Of a stretch of DNA of 64,000 nt, positions 63,789 through 64,000 are shown one piece after another. Made by a program: the position numbers and the translations under genes. Within the stretch, counting starts at the first letter, position 1. Every line of letters begins with the position of its first letter. Source of the DNA: an uncultured virus (IMG/VR IMGVR_UViG_3300017970_000189) (taxonomy: Duplodnaviria; Heunggongvirae; Uroviricota; Caudoviricetes); the IMG/VR virus record IMGVR_UViG_3300017970_000189; one strand, given 5' to 3'. The notes under the pieces are model-generated. The model saw nothing but the letters and a program-made list of their open reading frames with translations, did no database searches and was not told the origin of the DNA.

Positions 63789-64000
63789 CTTTGGAGGCCC
63801 TTATAAATGAGTCCCGCTCCGCCGATCAGCGCGGCTCCCGAGGCAAGAGCCTGAGTCGTCGTCTTTTCCTGCGCGAAGAGCCGCGTCCCCAGCCCTACGA
63901 GAGCAAGACCGATCCCCCCGAAGATCATCGTCAGATCCGCCTGCTTGGGAGCGAGCGCCGCGGCGATGTCCTTGGCCGCCGGGGTCGGCGCCGGCGTCCC
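63785..64000 (-). CDS. C-terminal part of a membrane protein with two TM segments (runs off the window)
   Basis: Open frame ...MIFGGIGLALVGLG...ALASGAALIGGAGLIYKGLQR*, ATGA overlap with 63788. Confidence 0.65.
   Translation of the reverse strand, partial: GTPAPTPAAKDIAAALAPKQADLTMIFGGIGLALVGLGTRLFAQEKTTTQALASGAALIGGAGLIYKGLQR

Noticed and set aside
43062..63806. Long plus-strand ORFs (e.g. 52094..53386, 57835..58908, 49892..50803, 48010..48885)
   Set aside because: Antisense shadows of GC-rich, repetitive minus-strand genes; Arg/Pro-rich with no motifs
1..64000. tRNA, rRNA or tmRNA genes
   Set aside because: No convincing T-loop/cloverleaf or rRNA-like stretch seen by eye; tRNAscan-SE and Infernal would be needed to exclude them
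1..64000. Stop-codon reassignment
   Set aside because: Code 11 already gives dense, overlapping gene packing, and TAA, TAG and TGA all end well-supported genes

Overview
This window looks like part of a large virus (jumbo phage or tailless membrane-containing virus) or a related extrachromosomal element of a bacterium. It uses standard code 11 and sigma70-like promoters, and carries two stand-alone ClpC N-terminal domains. I see no capsid, terminase, packaging ATPase, polymerase, integrase, tRNA, rRNA or CRISPR array, so the identity is inferred. There are three co-oriented blocks. (1) 1-23424, minus strand: dozens of tiny, mostly unknown ORFs plus a transglutaminase-like Cys-His-Asp protein. 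(2) 23533-39364, plus strand: small ORFs with host-like accessory genes (aquaporin, tandem MazG-like protein, two Clp-N proteins, EXD2-like HNH, methyltransferase, delta-9-type desaturase, RmlC). (3) 39406-64000, minus strand: a putative structural/surface module. Three things stand out. (a) Six collagen-like fibre genes share one ~55-aa N-terminus but carry different C-terminal heads. (b) A ~50-nt 5'-leader occurs in five copies, each exactly 6 nt downstream of its own -35/17/-10 promoter. It can fold into two mutually exclusive hairpins, one of which buries the ribosome-binding site, so it is a candidate new translational RNA switch. (c) About a dozen proteins without signal peptides mostly share a C-terminal membrane anchor, and many have a short leader ending in (L/M)GQ. 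This suggests a dedicated processing/assembly pathway. All product calls come from motif recognition by eye; no database search was run.
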